Origin: Armatimonadota bacterium | Lineage (GTDB): Bacteria; Sysuimicrobiota; Sysuimicrobiia; Sysuimicrobiales; Humicultoraceae | Direction of reading: 5' to 3' | Assembly: GCA_052386995.1 (NCBI GenBank) | Contig: JBQTJP010000110.1 | Coordinates: 50,730-114,729, forward strand | Length of the DNA: 64,000 nt | Shown here: piece after piece, positions 1 to 8,737 of the stretch | How positions within the stretch are numbered: position 1 is the stretch's first letter | How the letters are laid out: the number at the start of each line of letters is the position of its first letter | Program-made: the position numbers and the translations under genes | Notes under the pieces: generated by a model | The model's database searches: none | Told to the model about the DNA's origin: nothing | Seen by the model: only the letters and a program-made list of their open reading frames with translations

Positions 1-679
1 CCGCCCTGGCGTACGCCCACATCGACCCTGGCGAGCTCCACGGAATCCACCACAAGCCGGTCGTGTGAGAATCCTTTGGCCACAGCCTGTTCGGCGTCTC
101 GTTGATGTACAGATGGCCCCCCGGGTTGAGGGCATCGAACAGCCGCGCGACCACCCGTCGCCTCAGGCCCCTGATCGACAGGGGGAGATGCTCGAGCACG
201 GCATGGAGCAGGATGAAATCGAAGGTCCCCACGTCTGCGGCGATCTCTTCGAAATCGCGCGCCCACACCACCCGAACGCTGTCGAGCAGCCGGTGCTCTT
301 CCAGCCTCTTGAGGCACACGGCGACGCTCTTCTCATCGATATCGAAGGCCACGAGCCGCTCACAGTGCGGGGCAAGCGCGGCTGTCGCAGACCCCGTGCC
401 GCAGCCAAAGTCCAGGACACGCTTGGCCGAGAGATCGCCGCAGTGGTATCGAATCTCGGGATACAACTGCGTCTCGAACCGACCCAACCGGCTGTCCGGC
501 CCACCCATGTGTTCGGCAATGTAATCCTCATAGGCCGGCAGGCCCTCCTTGCCCCTGTGCAGGTCGACGATGAGCCGCTTGAACTCCTGGGAATAGTCGC
601 GAGTGCATCCGGAAAGCCTCACTTCCACGCAATGGTCCACGTCAACGCGTTCTTCTGGGATCAGCAGCCCCTGGCGCAT
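1..679 (-). CDS. Class I SAM-dependent methyltransferase (3' end beyond the left edge)
   Basis: Not in the ORF track because it has no stop in the window. Manual translation from ATG at 679 gives MRQGLLIPEERV...KRVLDFGCGTGS...AFDID...FDFILLHAVLEHL...LNPGGHLYI, matching SAM motifs I/II/IV. Confidence 0.85.
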   Translation of the reverse strand, partial: MRQGLLIPEERVDVDHCVEVRLSGCTRDYSQEFKRLIVDLHRGKEGLPAYEDYIAEHMGGPDSRLGRFETQLYPEIRYHCGDLSAKRVLDFGCGTGSATAALAPHCERLVAFDIDEKSVAVCLKRLEEHRLLDSVRVVWARDFEEIAADVGTFDFILLHAVLEHLPLSIRGLRRRVVARLFDALNPGGHLYINETPNRLWPKDSHTTGLWWIPWSSPGSMWAYARA

Positions 680-734
680 CCGAATTCTCTCTCATCGCCA
701 TATCGCCGCCAGATCGACAACCGCACCAATCCTT

Positions 735-2318
735 TCAGGGTCCGTCTCGGCCGATCAGGGCGCCTGCACTGAGCCGCGCGCCTTCGCTCCCATCCATCTC
801 GGCAAGCCCGCCTTCTGCACGCCCTCCGGCCCGCCCAAAGTTTCCGCGAAGCATATCGATGAATGTGAACACCACCTGGCGCTCGGTCAAGAGGATGACC
901 GCTCCGTAGACAACAATCCCGACGGCGACCTCGAGGATCAGGGTCACGAGCGCGGCGGTGCCCGCCGCCTTCAGCGCCCAATCCACCAGCACCACGCTCG
1001 CGATCATGACGGCGCATCCCACGAGGCTCGATCGCACCGCCTCCCACACGTCGTGGGCCGTTATCCCCAGCACCGACGCCACAAAGCGATGCTGGACCGG
1101 CACCAGAATCGCGGTAGCGGCGAGATATCCGGCGGCCACGCCGACGATGCCCCACCGCAGCCCGATGGCAAACGCCGGGAGGTACAGCAGCAGCGAAAGA
1201 AACGTCCATCGCAGCTGCAGATCAGCGCGACCGGCCGCGAGGAGTCCGCTGAACCACAAGGTCGTCACCAGCTGAAACGTCCCCGCAAACGCCAGGACGC
1301 GTATGACCGGGGCCGATGGCAGCCATTTTGCGCCGAAGACCACCTCGACCGCCGGCGAGGCAACCAGCGCCAGCCCGACCATGACCGGCAGGGCTATGAT
1401 CGCGACATGTTGCGTCGCAATGAGAAACCCCCGCCTGAGCCGAGCCGTGTCATGCTGGACCTTGGAAAAGGCCGACAACATCACCTGATGGAGCGGCGCG
1501 GCAACGTCCTGGAGCGGGATCCGGAACGCCGTATACGCGAGCGCATAGTACCCCAGAGCAATTGGGCCAAGGAACCGGCCGATCAGCAGGTTGTCGAGAT
1601 TTCGGATGAAGTAGCTAAAGAGCCGCGAGAGCGTGAGCGGCGTGCTGAACGACCAGAGATCCTTGAACTTCGGCCATGAGAATCGCAGGGTCGGCTTCCA
1701 CCGCGTGGCGAGATAGTAGGCAACCGGGGCCGTGGCGGAGCCGGCAAGCGCTTTGCCTACCAGACTCCAGACACCCGTGCCGGCCAGGGCCATCCCGAGC
1801 CCGGTCAGGCCGCCGACAACCACCGCGGCCGCGTCGCACAACGCCAGCGCACGGTACTCCATGCGGCGCGCAGCGAGCGCGAAGTGCGTCACCCATGTGG
1901 CGGAGATCACGATGCGGAAGGAGAGGATGACGAGCACCGTCTCCGCGAGCGGATCCGCCAGAAACGCGCCGGCCAGAGGGGCAGCGGCGAGCGCGATTGC
2001 GAACAGAAACGCCCCGACGACCAGGCTCGTCCAGAAGGCTGTCGAGAGGTATTCATCGTCCACATCACGCCGCTGGATGATCGCCGACCCACCGCCGGCT
2101 TCAAGGAAGAGCTCGAGGAATCCCACAACCACCCACCCGATGGCGATAAGACCATAGTCACGAGGAAGGAGGAGTCGAACCAGAATGACTGTGAACACCT
2201 GGTCCAACCCTCGCGCCGCGACACGCTGGCCTCCCAGCCAGAACATGCCTTGCATCGCGGCCGCGCGAATGCGCGGCACCGGATGGCCGTGGGGCCGCAC
2301 GGTCTCGACCATCGTCAA
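735..2318 (-). CDS. wzx: Wzx-type polysaccharide flippase (PST/WzxC-like)
   Basis: Many TM segments; ILVRLLLPRDYGLIA, AIIQRRD, DNLLIGRFLGPIALGYYALA motifs; located in an EPS cluster. Confidence 0.9.
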   Translation of the reverse strand: MTMVETVRPHGHPVPRIRAAAMQGMFWLGGQRVAARGLDQVFTVILVRLLLPRDYGLIAIGWVVVGFLELFLEAGGGSAIIQRRDVDDEYLSTAFWTSLVVGAFLFAIALAAAPLAGAFLADPLAETVLVILSFRIVISATWVTHFALAARRMEYRALALCDAAAVVVGGLTGLGMALAGTGVWSLVGKALAGSATAPVAYYLATRWKPTLRFSWPKFKDLWSFSTPLTLSRLFSYFIRNLDNLLIGRFLGPIALGYYALAYTAFRIPLQDVAAPLHQVMLSAFSKVQHDTARLRRGFLIATQHVAIIALPVMVGLALVASPAVEVVFGAKWLPSAPVIRVLAFAGTFQLVTTLWFSGLLAAGRADLQLRWTFLSLLLYLPAFAIGLRWGIVGVAAGYLAATAILVPVQHRFVASVLGITAHDVWEAVRSSLVGCAVMIASVVLVDWALKAAGTAALVTLILEVAVGIVVYGAVILLTERQVVFTFIDMLRGNFGRAGGRAEGGLAEMDGSEGARLSAGALIGRDGP

Positions 2319-2683
2319 GAGTCTCTAACGGCGTAGATAATGGAAGGATCTAGTCCGGCCGGCCCCGGAAGCACGCTGAAACCCTCGCCGATTTCCATTT
2401 CGGGAATCGCGGTGTAGGACCGCCGTTCAAAAATCTCCTTGATGAATCCGAAGTCCACGCGGGCCCAGTGGAGCTTCTTCCCTCGGAAGGGACGCCGGAA
2501 GCTTACCCGTCCCAGACGATCGTAAATGGCCGCGAGCGCCCTCCGTCTCGTCAACGACACCCACGACAGCAGCAGGAACCGCATGGTGACACGCGGGCCG
2601 AACCAGCGCCACGCCGTACCGCTGAGCGCGAGCAGTCTCCTGGCACCGCGCAAGCGAGACCTCAAAAACGTGCTCGGTGCCAC
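2315..2683 (-). pseudogene. 122-aa ORF, possible internally deleted FkbM-like methyltransferase remnant
   Basis: Has an RBS and overlaps the wzx start. 'FGFIKEIFERRSY' resembles an FkbM N-terminal segment and 'IIYAVR' a C-terminal strand, but there is no D-x-G-A-N-x-G motif. Confidence 0.4.
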
Positions 2684-2698
2684 TGCCTTCCCCTTCCA

Positions 2699-3895
2699 TC
2701 AGGCTCTCTCAACCCGCGAGCCATCGAGATGCGCAGAGGCGGCATGGTCCGACTCGCCATGCACAAGCGCCTCGTAGAGATGCTGATAGGCTTCAGCCAT
2801 CTGGCCGATGTCGAATAGCCGTCGCGCTCGCTCTTGACCTGCTTCACCCAACTGCTTCCTACGGGCGGCATCTCGAAGGAGTTCTGTGGTCGCCCGGATG
2901 AGCGCGCCGGCATCTCCGGGCAGACAGAGACGCCCGGTGCGCCCTTCTTGAACCTGATCCACGACGCCACCGACGCTTGTGGCGACAACCGGTAGACCCG
3001 CCGCCATGGACTCCAGGATGGTGAGAGGAAAACTCTCGTAGTTTGACGTCGACAAGAAAAGATCCGATGCGTGGTAAAGATCCACAAGGTCCGTCCTGAG
3101 CCCCAGAAATCTGATCGCGTTCTGCAGACCCTCCTTGCGAACGGCGCTCTCGAGTGCTGGGCGTTCCGGTCCATCACCGGCTACCAGAAAAACCGCCCTG
3201 TCGACCGTCGCGGCCACCTGACGGGCCACCTCGACGAACAGCGCGACATTCTTGACCGGCACGACCCGAGCCATGTACAGCACCACTAATGCGTCGTCCG
3301 AAAGCTGGTTGCGCCTGCGCCATACGTGACGCGGCGTGCGCGGGGACGCAAAGGACGCCGTGTCGATGCCAGTAAGGATCATCGCAATCGAGTCCGCACC
3401 GAGCCCAAACGCTTTGGCGACATTGTCGCGCGTGTCGGTGGAGTGCACGACAGGTCGATAGCCCAGCCGGCGGGCCATGAATCTCTGGCTTGCGGTATTG
3501 AGCCGCGACAGTTGGCCGCCGTCCGGGCCGGTATGGATATCCAGGAGCCTGCCCCTGACGGCCCGACCGAGAAGATCAGACGGGATCGCATACCACGCGA
3601 TCCCGGTATACGCGTGCAACACATCTGGCCGAACCTTCCGCACCACGTGCGCCAGTTCCCACATCAGCCTGCCCTGCAGCCCGATGCCGGCATCCCGCGG
3701 CATGTTCAGGGGATGGAACGTCACGTGATTCCCGATCTCGGCGAGGTCGTCTTCGGGGAGCAGTGGCCTCGCGGTGCAGGCGTGGAGCTCAAAACGCTCG
3801 TTGTTCACCCGTCGCAAGAGATCGCGGATAAACCGTGGCACACCGCCCGCCTTAGACAGCCTCCAGGTGAAATGGAGCACGCGAATCCGTCTCAT
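2699..3895 (-). CDS. Glycosyltransferase family 4
   Basis: ATG at 3895 overlaps the upstream stop (ATGA); GG near N-terminus, RVVPVKN, ESFPLTILESMAAG (EX7E). Confidence 0.92.
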   Translation of the reverse strand: MRRIRVLHFTWRLSKAGGVPRFIRDLLRRVNNERFELHACTARPLLPEDDLAEIGNHVTFHPLNMPRDAGIGLQGRLMWELAHVVRKVRPDVLHAYTGIAWYAIPSDLLGRAVRGRLLDIHTGPDGGQLSRLNTASQRFMARRLGYRPVVHSTDTRDNVAKAFGLGADSIAMILTGIDTASFASPRTPRHVWRRRNQLSDDALVVLYMARVVPVKNVALFVEVARQVAATVDRAVFLVAGDGPERPALESAVRKEGLQNAIRFLGLRTDLVDLYHASDLFLSTSNYESFPLTILESMAAGLPVVATSVGGVVDQVQEGRTGRLCLPGDAGALIRATTELLRDAARRKQLGEAGQERARRLFDIGQMAEAYQHLYEALVHGESDHAASAHLDGSRVERA

Positions 3896-5097
3896 GTGCG
3901 CGCGGGGATTCCTTGGGCGCGGGCGCCGCCATCGACAGCGACGCTTTGGAACAGTGCCTCGAGGGCCGCCACGACGGTCACAATATCGTAGCGTGAGCGC
4001 ACCCATGTGCGCCCGTCCTCGCCAAGCTGCCTGGCGAACTCGCGATCCTCTGCCAGGCGCAGGAGTTGAGCGGCGAGGCTTGCAGGCGACTGTGGGTCGG
4101 CCAGCAACGCCACGGTGCCGTCCCCTGTGACCTCGCGAAGCACGGGTATCCGACTAGCCACGCATGGTTTGCCCGCCGCCATTGCTTCCAGCAGGGCATT
4201 TCCAATGCCCTCATAGAGCGACGGGAACACAAAGATGTCGGCCGCCTGCAGCAATGCGGGGATGTCTCGCCGCTCGCCAAGCAGCGTCACATGGTCACCC
4301 AGGCCTTGCGCCCGGATTGACTGCTCCAGCGTGGAGTGAAACCACCCGTCGCCAGCGAGAACGAGGCGTGCCCGCGGAAACCTGGTCAGGACCTCCTTCA
4401 TCGCGGCAATGGCGTAGGGCTGTCCCTTCTGCGGGACGAGCCGGGCCACGTTCAAGATGACCGGATAGGCGTCTTCCCATCCCAGGGCTGCCCGAACCGC
4501 CCGTGGGTCGCCCCCCTCGCGCGCGGCATAGTCATCCAGCGCCAGCCCCCGCGGAATCACGGCGATGCACTCCGGGCGTAGCCCCAACTGGCGCACCGCC
4601 GACGCTTTGACGCTTTGGGTGATTGCCACGAATCGGGTTCCCCACCATCTGGCAGTCAGCCCGTCCAAAGCCTGCGTGATCCAGACCTTCCAGCCCTTCA
4701 CGTGAGGGTTGTCCAGGCGCCACTCCGGCTCGTAGGTCGTATTGACTAGGGTCGTGATGACCGGGATCCCGGTCACTCTCCCGACGCACCGGCTCGCGAT
4801 ACCCGGACGGTAGAGGGCGGCGTGAAGAAGATCCGGCGCGAGGGCTCGGACGAGACGCCACAGCCGGACCGCTGCACGACCCAGATCCCTCCTGGACGTA
4901 ACGCCGAGGATGTGGACAGGGATACCGAGCCCTTCCAGATCCGCGACAAAGCGGCCGCCCTCCGAGAGCGCACACACCTCGTGACGAAAGCGGCGTGGGT
5001 CTGAGCGCGACAGGAACGCGATCATCTGCCGCTCCGTCCCTCCGGTGTCCAGGTCATCAAGGACATGCAAAATGGTGATCCGACGACTATCAGCCAT
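3892..5097 (-). CDS. Glycosyltransferase family 4
   Basis: GGTERQ, ARLVPQKG, EGIGNALLEAMAAG (EX7E). Confidence 0.92.
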   Translation of the reverse strand: MADSRRITILHVLDDLDTGGTERQMIAFLSRSDPRRFRHEVCALSEGGRFVADLEGLGIPVHILGVTSRRDLGRAAVRLWRLVRALAPDLLHAALYRPGIASRCVGRVTGIPVITTLVNTTYEPEWRLDNPHVKGWKVWITQALDGLTARWWGTRFVAITQSVKASAVRQLGLRPECIAVIPRGLALDDYAAREGGDPRAVRAALGWEDAYPVILNVARLVPQKGQPYAIAAMKEVLTRFPRARLVLAGDGWFHSTLEQSIRAQGLGDHVTLLGERRDIPALLQAADIFVFPSLYEGIGNALLEAMAAGKPCVASRIPVLREVTGDGTVALLADPQSPASLAAQLLRLAEDREFARQLGEDGRTWVRSRYDIVTVVAALEALFQSVAVDGGARAQGIPART

Positions 5098-5177
5098 TGG
5101 ACGGCATCGGCAGGCTATCGAGTTGAGCTGTGTCTGATGGAGGGCTCTCTATGATCGATCCGTGCCTTGCGACGTCC

Positions 5178-5214
5178 GCCCTGGGGGGTCGACACCCTCC
5201 GACCGCCCCAGGGC
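5178..5214. terminator. GC-rich stem-loop downstream of the G8-protein gene (terminator or mRNA stabiliser)
   Basis: Inverted repeat gccctgggg-ggtcg / cgacc-g-ccccagggc. No U-tract. Confidence 0.45.
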
Positions 5215-5231
5215 AGCAATCTCAGACGAAC

Positions 5232-7715
5232 CTAGAACCTTCTCACTCGAAGTACACGGCTGGCATTGACAGTCCCATTGCTGCCGATCCCCAGAGCCCA
5301 GAAGTACGCCCGGCGCGGCGGGTGGCTGCCCATGCTGAAGCTCATCGAGGCGAACCCGCGGACCGTTCGCACCCGCTCGAGTCTCTGGTTGGCCTGGTAG
5401 AACTCGACCTCGGCTGCGTTGGTCTCCACGGTCAAGGTAATCGTCCCGGTGGCCACGAGGTCATCGTTCGGCGCCGACCACCGCACGCGCGGCGTCTGTG
5501 GGCGGGTCCCCGTGCCATCGTTGTCCCTGCGGCGGGCGTTGTACTCAGAGTCCACAACGCCCGCCGCTCCATCCTCTCTGTGGAAGAGCGTAAAGTCTCC
5601 TGGGCGCGAGAGCCCGCGCTGCTGGCGGAATCGCAGCTGGCTGCCCGGTGGAGGTGCATCGGCCCCGCCGAACCAGATGCCGCGGCTCGGCGAGAACTGT
5701 ACGCGCGCGAATTGCACCACCGATCGCTCACCCGGGCCATTACGGTCCTGCGAGTGCCGCACGTTGAAGGCCGTGACGTTCCGGACGACACCGTCCTCAT
5801 AGACCGAATCGAAGCTTGACGCCGCAACGTACGACTGGATCTCAACACCAGTCGCCCCGACGCCCATGCCGTCGGCGAGGAACCCCGTGAATCCCCACAG
5901 CGCGGGAACTGACCCGGCATGGCCACTCGTCCAGTGCGCGATCTGCGCATGTCGGTTGCCCAGCGATCTAAGCCCGTGCAGCCAGTAGGCCGTGATGTAG
6001 GCTCCCCACCCGAGGCCGACTTCATTCCTCCACGTCAGGAGGTCGACGATACGCTGAGTGGGCGTGAGATTCTGCCATGAGTGAAATCCCATGGCCGTAT
6101 TGGAATTCGCTTCCGCCCGAAACACGTGGGGCGTTTCTCCGTAGTCCGTCCCGCCCTCAGGCCAGTGAATTCCCGACGACCGCGCGGAAGGGAATCCGTC
6201 CGCGGCGCTGCTTCCGGCCGCGACTGCCCCGACGATCGCGCAGTTGCGGCTTCCGTCCATCCAGATGCCGGCGTTGCGGGCATTCCGGCTGTTCCCCCAT
6301 CGCATGACCAGCACGCGATCGAGCCAGCAATCGTCCGCCGCGTGATACTGGTTGTGGTTCGGCCCGACCGCATTGACGCAGAAGGACTCGAACCGGCACT
6401 CCAGCATCACCGGGGTTGTGCTTTCTATATCGTCTTGCCGCGCATTGCGGACGGAATGCCGGGAGTGGTCGTAGACCACGAGGTCCTCCACGGTGATGCC
6501 GAAGGAGCCGTGGATATGCAGACCGTCCCCGGGCCCGCCGGCCAGGACAACGCGGCGGAGGTAACTGCCCCGCGAACCGTCAAGCTGCCTGTGACTGTGC
6601 CAGGCGTACCGGCCCATGGGCTCCCGTGTGGGCGCCGGCGAGAAGTTGTAGACTGCCAGGTTCTCGACATAGTACCTCGCGCGGTCCATAAACATCACAT
6701 GCGGCCGGTGATTCGGGTCGCCCGCCTCGAAGATGACATTGCTCGTCAGGTTGGCCACCTTGGCCGTCAACCGCTCCGTCCAGGAGTCGCCCCACGCGTC
6801 CTGCCAGCCGACTGAGAGCGCCTCATGTGTGTACCGCAAGCCCGAATCCAGCTGGAACCGGCCGTGACCGAGGTCGGCGGTGATCCGGCGCACTTCGTCC
6901 TGGTGATCGTTCTCGTTGGCCCGCAGATTCGACGGTCCCACGACCACTCGATCGCCCACCCTCCAGCCGGCCGCAAAAGCGGGATCGACGGCAATCTCAG
7001 CGCTCCCGGCTCGTGCTGTCTCGGTCAGCGGGGACCAGGTGTCCCGATAGACGCCGGCTACCCACACTTGAGCGCTGTCTATGGCCCACAGGCCCACATC
7101 GGTCGCGAGGGGCGCCATCACGTTGCCACCAACATACTGGCCCTCGTTCAGGAACCACCGGATGGAGGCCGGAACCGTGACTCGATCGCTCGCGCGGCCG
7201 TAGTCCAGCACCCCCCGGACAACGAGGTTGCCATAGAGCGTGAGCCGCGAGGCCCTGCCACGGCTCGCGCGGAGCGTACCGTCGACCGTGACTGTCCGGG
7301 CTTCCGCGGCTTCCGTGTCGACTTCGATCACTCGCCCCGCCGGAATGACGACATCGTTGTCCCGTGTGGGGACGCGGCCGGACGGCCACGTCGCGGGGTC
7401 GCTCCAGCGAAGCCCTCCGGATGATGGAGGAGGGGTTGGCGGGATCGGCGTGCGCGATGGGACGGGCGCGGGCGGTGTTGGTGCGCCCGGGGTCGGGGCG
7501 GGTGTTGGCGCAGGCGTCGGCTGCGACGGCGGCGGTGTGGGCTGTCCTGGCGTGGGCTGACCTGGAGCCGGCGTAGGTGGCGCAGGTGGTGAAGTGGGCT
7601 GCGGTGTCGGTCGCGGTTTTCCACCAGGCGGCGGCTGGGCAGAAATCAGATTCGGAGAGGGGAGCGCGAGGGTGAGGGCGACGAGGAGTGAGAGGGAGAG
7701 AAGACGCAGACGCAC
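5232..7715 (-). CDS. Secreted G8-domain / right-handed beta-helix protein with Pro-rich linker and C-terminal Ig-like domain
   Basis: Signal peptide; Pro/Thr-rich linker; G8-type start 'WSDPATWPSGRVPTRDNDVVIPAG'; 'GWRVGDRVVVG', 'DEVRRI', 'LRYTH', 'VANLTSNV', 'MGRYAWHSH' resemble TMEM2/CEMIP/PKHD1-like motifs; GGAGG RBS. Confidence 0.8.
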   Translation of the reverse strand: MRLRLLSLSLLVALTLALPSPNLISAQPPPGGKPRPTPQPTSPPAPPTPAPGQPTPGQPTPPPSQPTPAPTPAPTPGAPTPPAPVPSRTPIPPTPPPSSGGLRWSDPATWPSGRVPTRDNDVVIPAGRVIEVDTEAAEARTVTVDGTLRASRGRASRLTLYGNLVVRGVLDYGRASDRVTVPASIRWFLNEGQYVGGNVMAPLATDVGLWAIDSAQVWVAGVYRDTWSPLTETARAGSAEIAVDPAFAAGWRVGDRVVVGPSNLRANENDHQDEVRRITADLGHGRFQLDSGLRYTHEALSVGWQDAWGDSWTERLTAKVANLTSNVIFEAGDPNHRPHVMFMDRARYYVENLAVYNFSPAPTREPMGRYAWHSHRQLDGSRGSYLRRVVLAGGPGDGLHIHGSFGITVEDLVVYDHSRHSVRNARQDDIESTTPVMLECRFESFCVNAVGPNHNQYHAADDCWLDRVLVMRWGNSRNARNAGIWMDGSRNCAIVGAVAAGSSAADGFPSARSSGIHWPEGGTDYGETPHVFRAEANSNTAMGFHSWQNLTPTQRIVDLLTWRNEVGLGWGAYITAYWLHGLRSLGNRHAQIAHWTSGHAGSVPALWGFTGFLADGMGVGATGVEIQSYVAASSFDSVYEDGVVRNVTAFNVRHSQDRNGPGERSVVQFARVQFSPSRGIWFGGADAPPPGSQLRFRQQRGLSRPGDFTLFHREDGAAGVVDSEYNARRRDNDGTGTRPQTPRVRWSAPNDDLVATGTITLTVETNAAEVEFYQANQRLERVRTVRGFASMSFSMGSHPPRRAYFWALGIGSNGTVNASRVLRVRRF
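7420..7640 (-). repeat. Low-complexity Pro/Thr-rich coding repeats (PGQPT, PAPT)
   Basis: Translation PPPGGKPRPTPQPTSPPAPPTPAPGQPTPGQPTPPPSQPTPAPTPAPTPGAPT. Boundaries approximate. Confidence 0.8.
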
Positions 7716-7777
7716 GGATCACCTCCGATTTATCCAGAAGCTCTCCGTCGGTCGGGGAACGCTGCAGGACCGTCCTT

Positions 7778-7867
7778 CTCTTCGGCAGCCCGGCTGTCTT
7801 GGAAGTATCGTCCAAGACCCGTAGCTTTGCGTCCCCGAATCACTTCGGGTTTGCCCTTGTCGGAGAG
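7778..7867 (-). ncRNA. Cyclic di-GMP-I (GEMM) riboswitch aptamer
   Basis: Minus strand reads CUCUCCGACAAGGGCAAACCCGAA-GUGA-UUCGGGGACGCAAAGCUACGGGUCUUGGA...UCCAAGACAGCCGGGCUGCCGAAGAG. This has GGCAAAC, a GNRA loop, GGACGCAAAGC and the 3' GCUGCC hallmarks. Confidence 0.9.
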
Positions 7868-7939
7868 TTCCGGTGAATGGGATCTCTGAAGTTCCCCATA
7901 CCCGACTCCCAAAATCCTTAGACCTCTGGAAACCCATCC

Positions 7940-8731
7940 TCAATCAACCCCTCTTTCGTGCACGACACAAATCCGCGCGGGGCCCAGTCTATTCAGAAGA
8001 AGATGAATGCGGTGATCCCTAAAGTACTCGTCTGCCGCCCGCCTCGCCCCTTGCCAGTACCCGTAGTCGTCGATGATGAGAACGCCGCCGCGGCTGATTC
8101 TCGGGAACAAGTGCTGGAGTTCGTGCTTCGTTGATGCATACCAGTCGGTGTCCAGCCGGAGCAACGCAATCGAGTCCGGGGCTTGTCGTGGAATCGTCTC
8201 CTCGACAAGACCCGCGACGCAGTGAATTCTGGCCTCGTCATACCCTGTCGATCGCATGACGCTGCGCACTTTGTCGATCGAGACCGCAGCCCAGGTCGCC
8301 TCTTCATCGGCGGGGTCCGACTCTGCCAGGACCTGGCCGGCCGTTGCCCCGTCCCACCTTAAGTCGTGGGGGCTCGGGGGCGGCATACCTTCAAAGGTAT
8401 CAAACAGATACAGATCGCGGCTCGCATCATGCTCCAGAAGCAACGTGTACGCAGCGGCCATCATGCTCCCACCGCGCCAGACACCGCATTCAACAATCGC
8501 CCCGGGTACGTGTGCACGAGCCACGTATCTCACCGCGTGGCACAGCGCAAAGGCTTGCTCCGGCGTGGACTTGGTGTAAGGACCAACACGCTCAATTACC
8601 TCATTGAACTCCGGGTCGAAGTCCGGAGGAGAGCGATAATATGGAACAACGTCAAGGCCGAACTGACGGGCAACGAGCCGAACACCCGAGATGACGAAAC
8701 GAGATATGCGGCCTGTTCCCGTGGCGATCAT
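7940..8731 (-). CDS. TylF/MycF/NovP-family O-methyltransferase
   Basis: IVECGVWRGGS, LFDTFEG, LRLDTDWYAST, IIDDYG motifs. Confidence 0.92.
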   Translation of the reverse strand: MIATGTGRISRFVISGVRLVARQFGLDVVPYYRSPPDFDPEFNEVIERVGPYTKSTPEQAFALCHAVRYVARAHVPGAIVECGVWRGGSMMAAAYTLLLEHDASRDLYLFDTFEGMPPPSPHDLRWDGATAGQVLAESDPADEEATWAAVSIDKVRSVMRSTGYDEARIHCVAGLVEETIPRQAPDSIALLRLDTDWYASTKHELQHLFPRISRGGVLIIDDYGYWQGARRAADEYFRDHRIHLLLNRLGPARICVVHERGVD

Positions 8732-8737
8732 CGCGGT

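Noticed and set aside
4694..4708. parS-like palindrome CCCTTCACGTGAGGG
   Set aside because: Only the CACGTG core matches; flanks differ from TGTTTC/GAAACA and it lies within a GT gene.
7420..7640. Short tandem-like repeats as a possible CRISPR or VNTR
   Set aside because: Imperfect codon-level repeats encoding a Pro-rich linker; no repeat-spacer periodicity.
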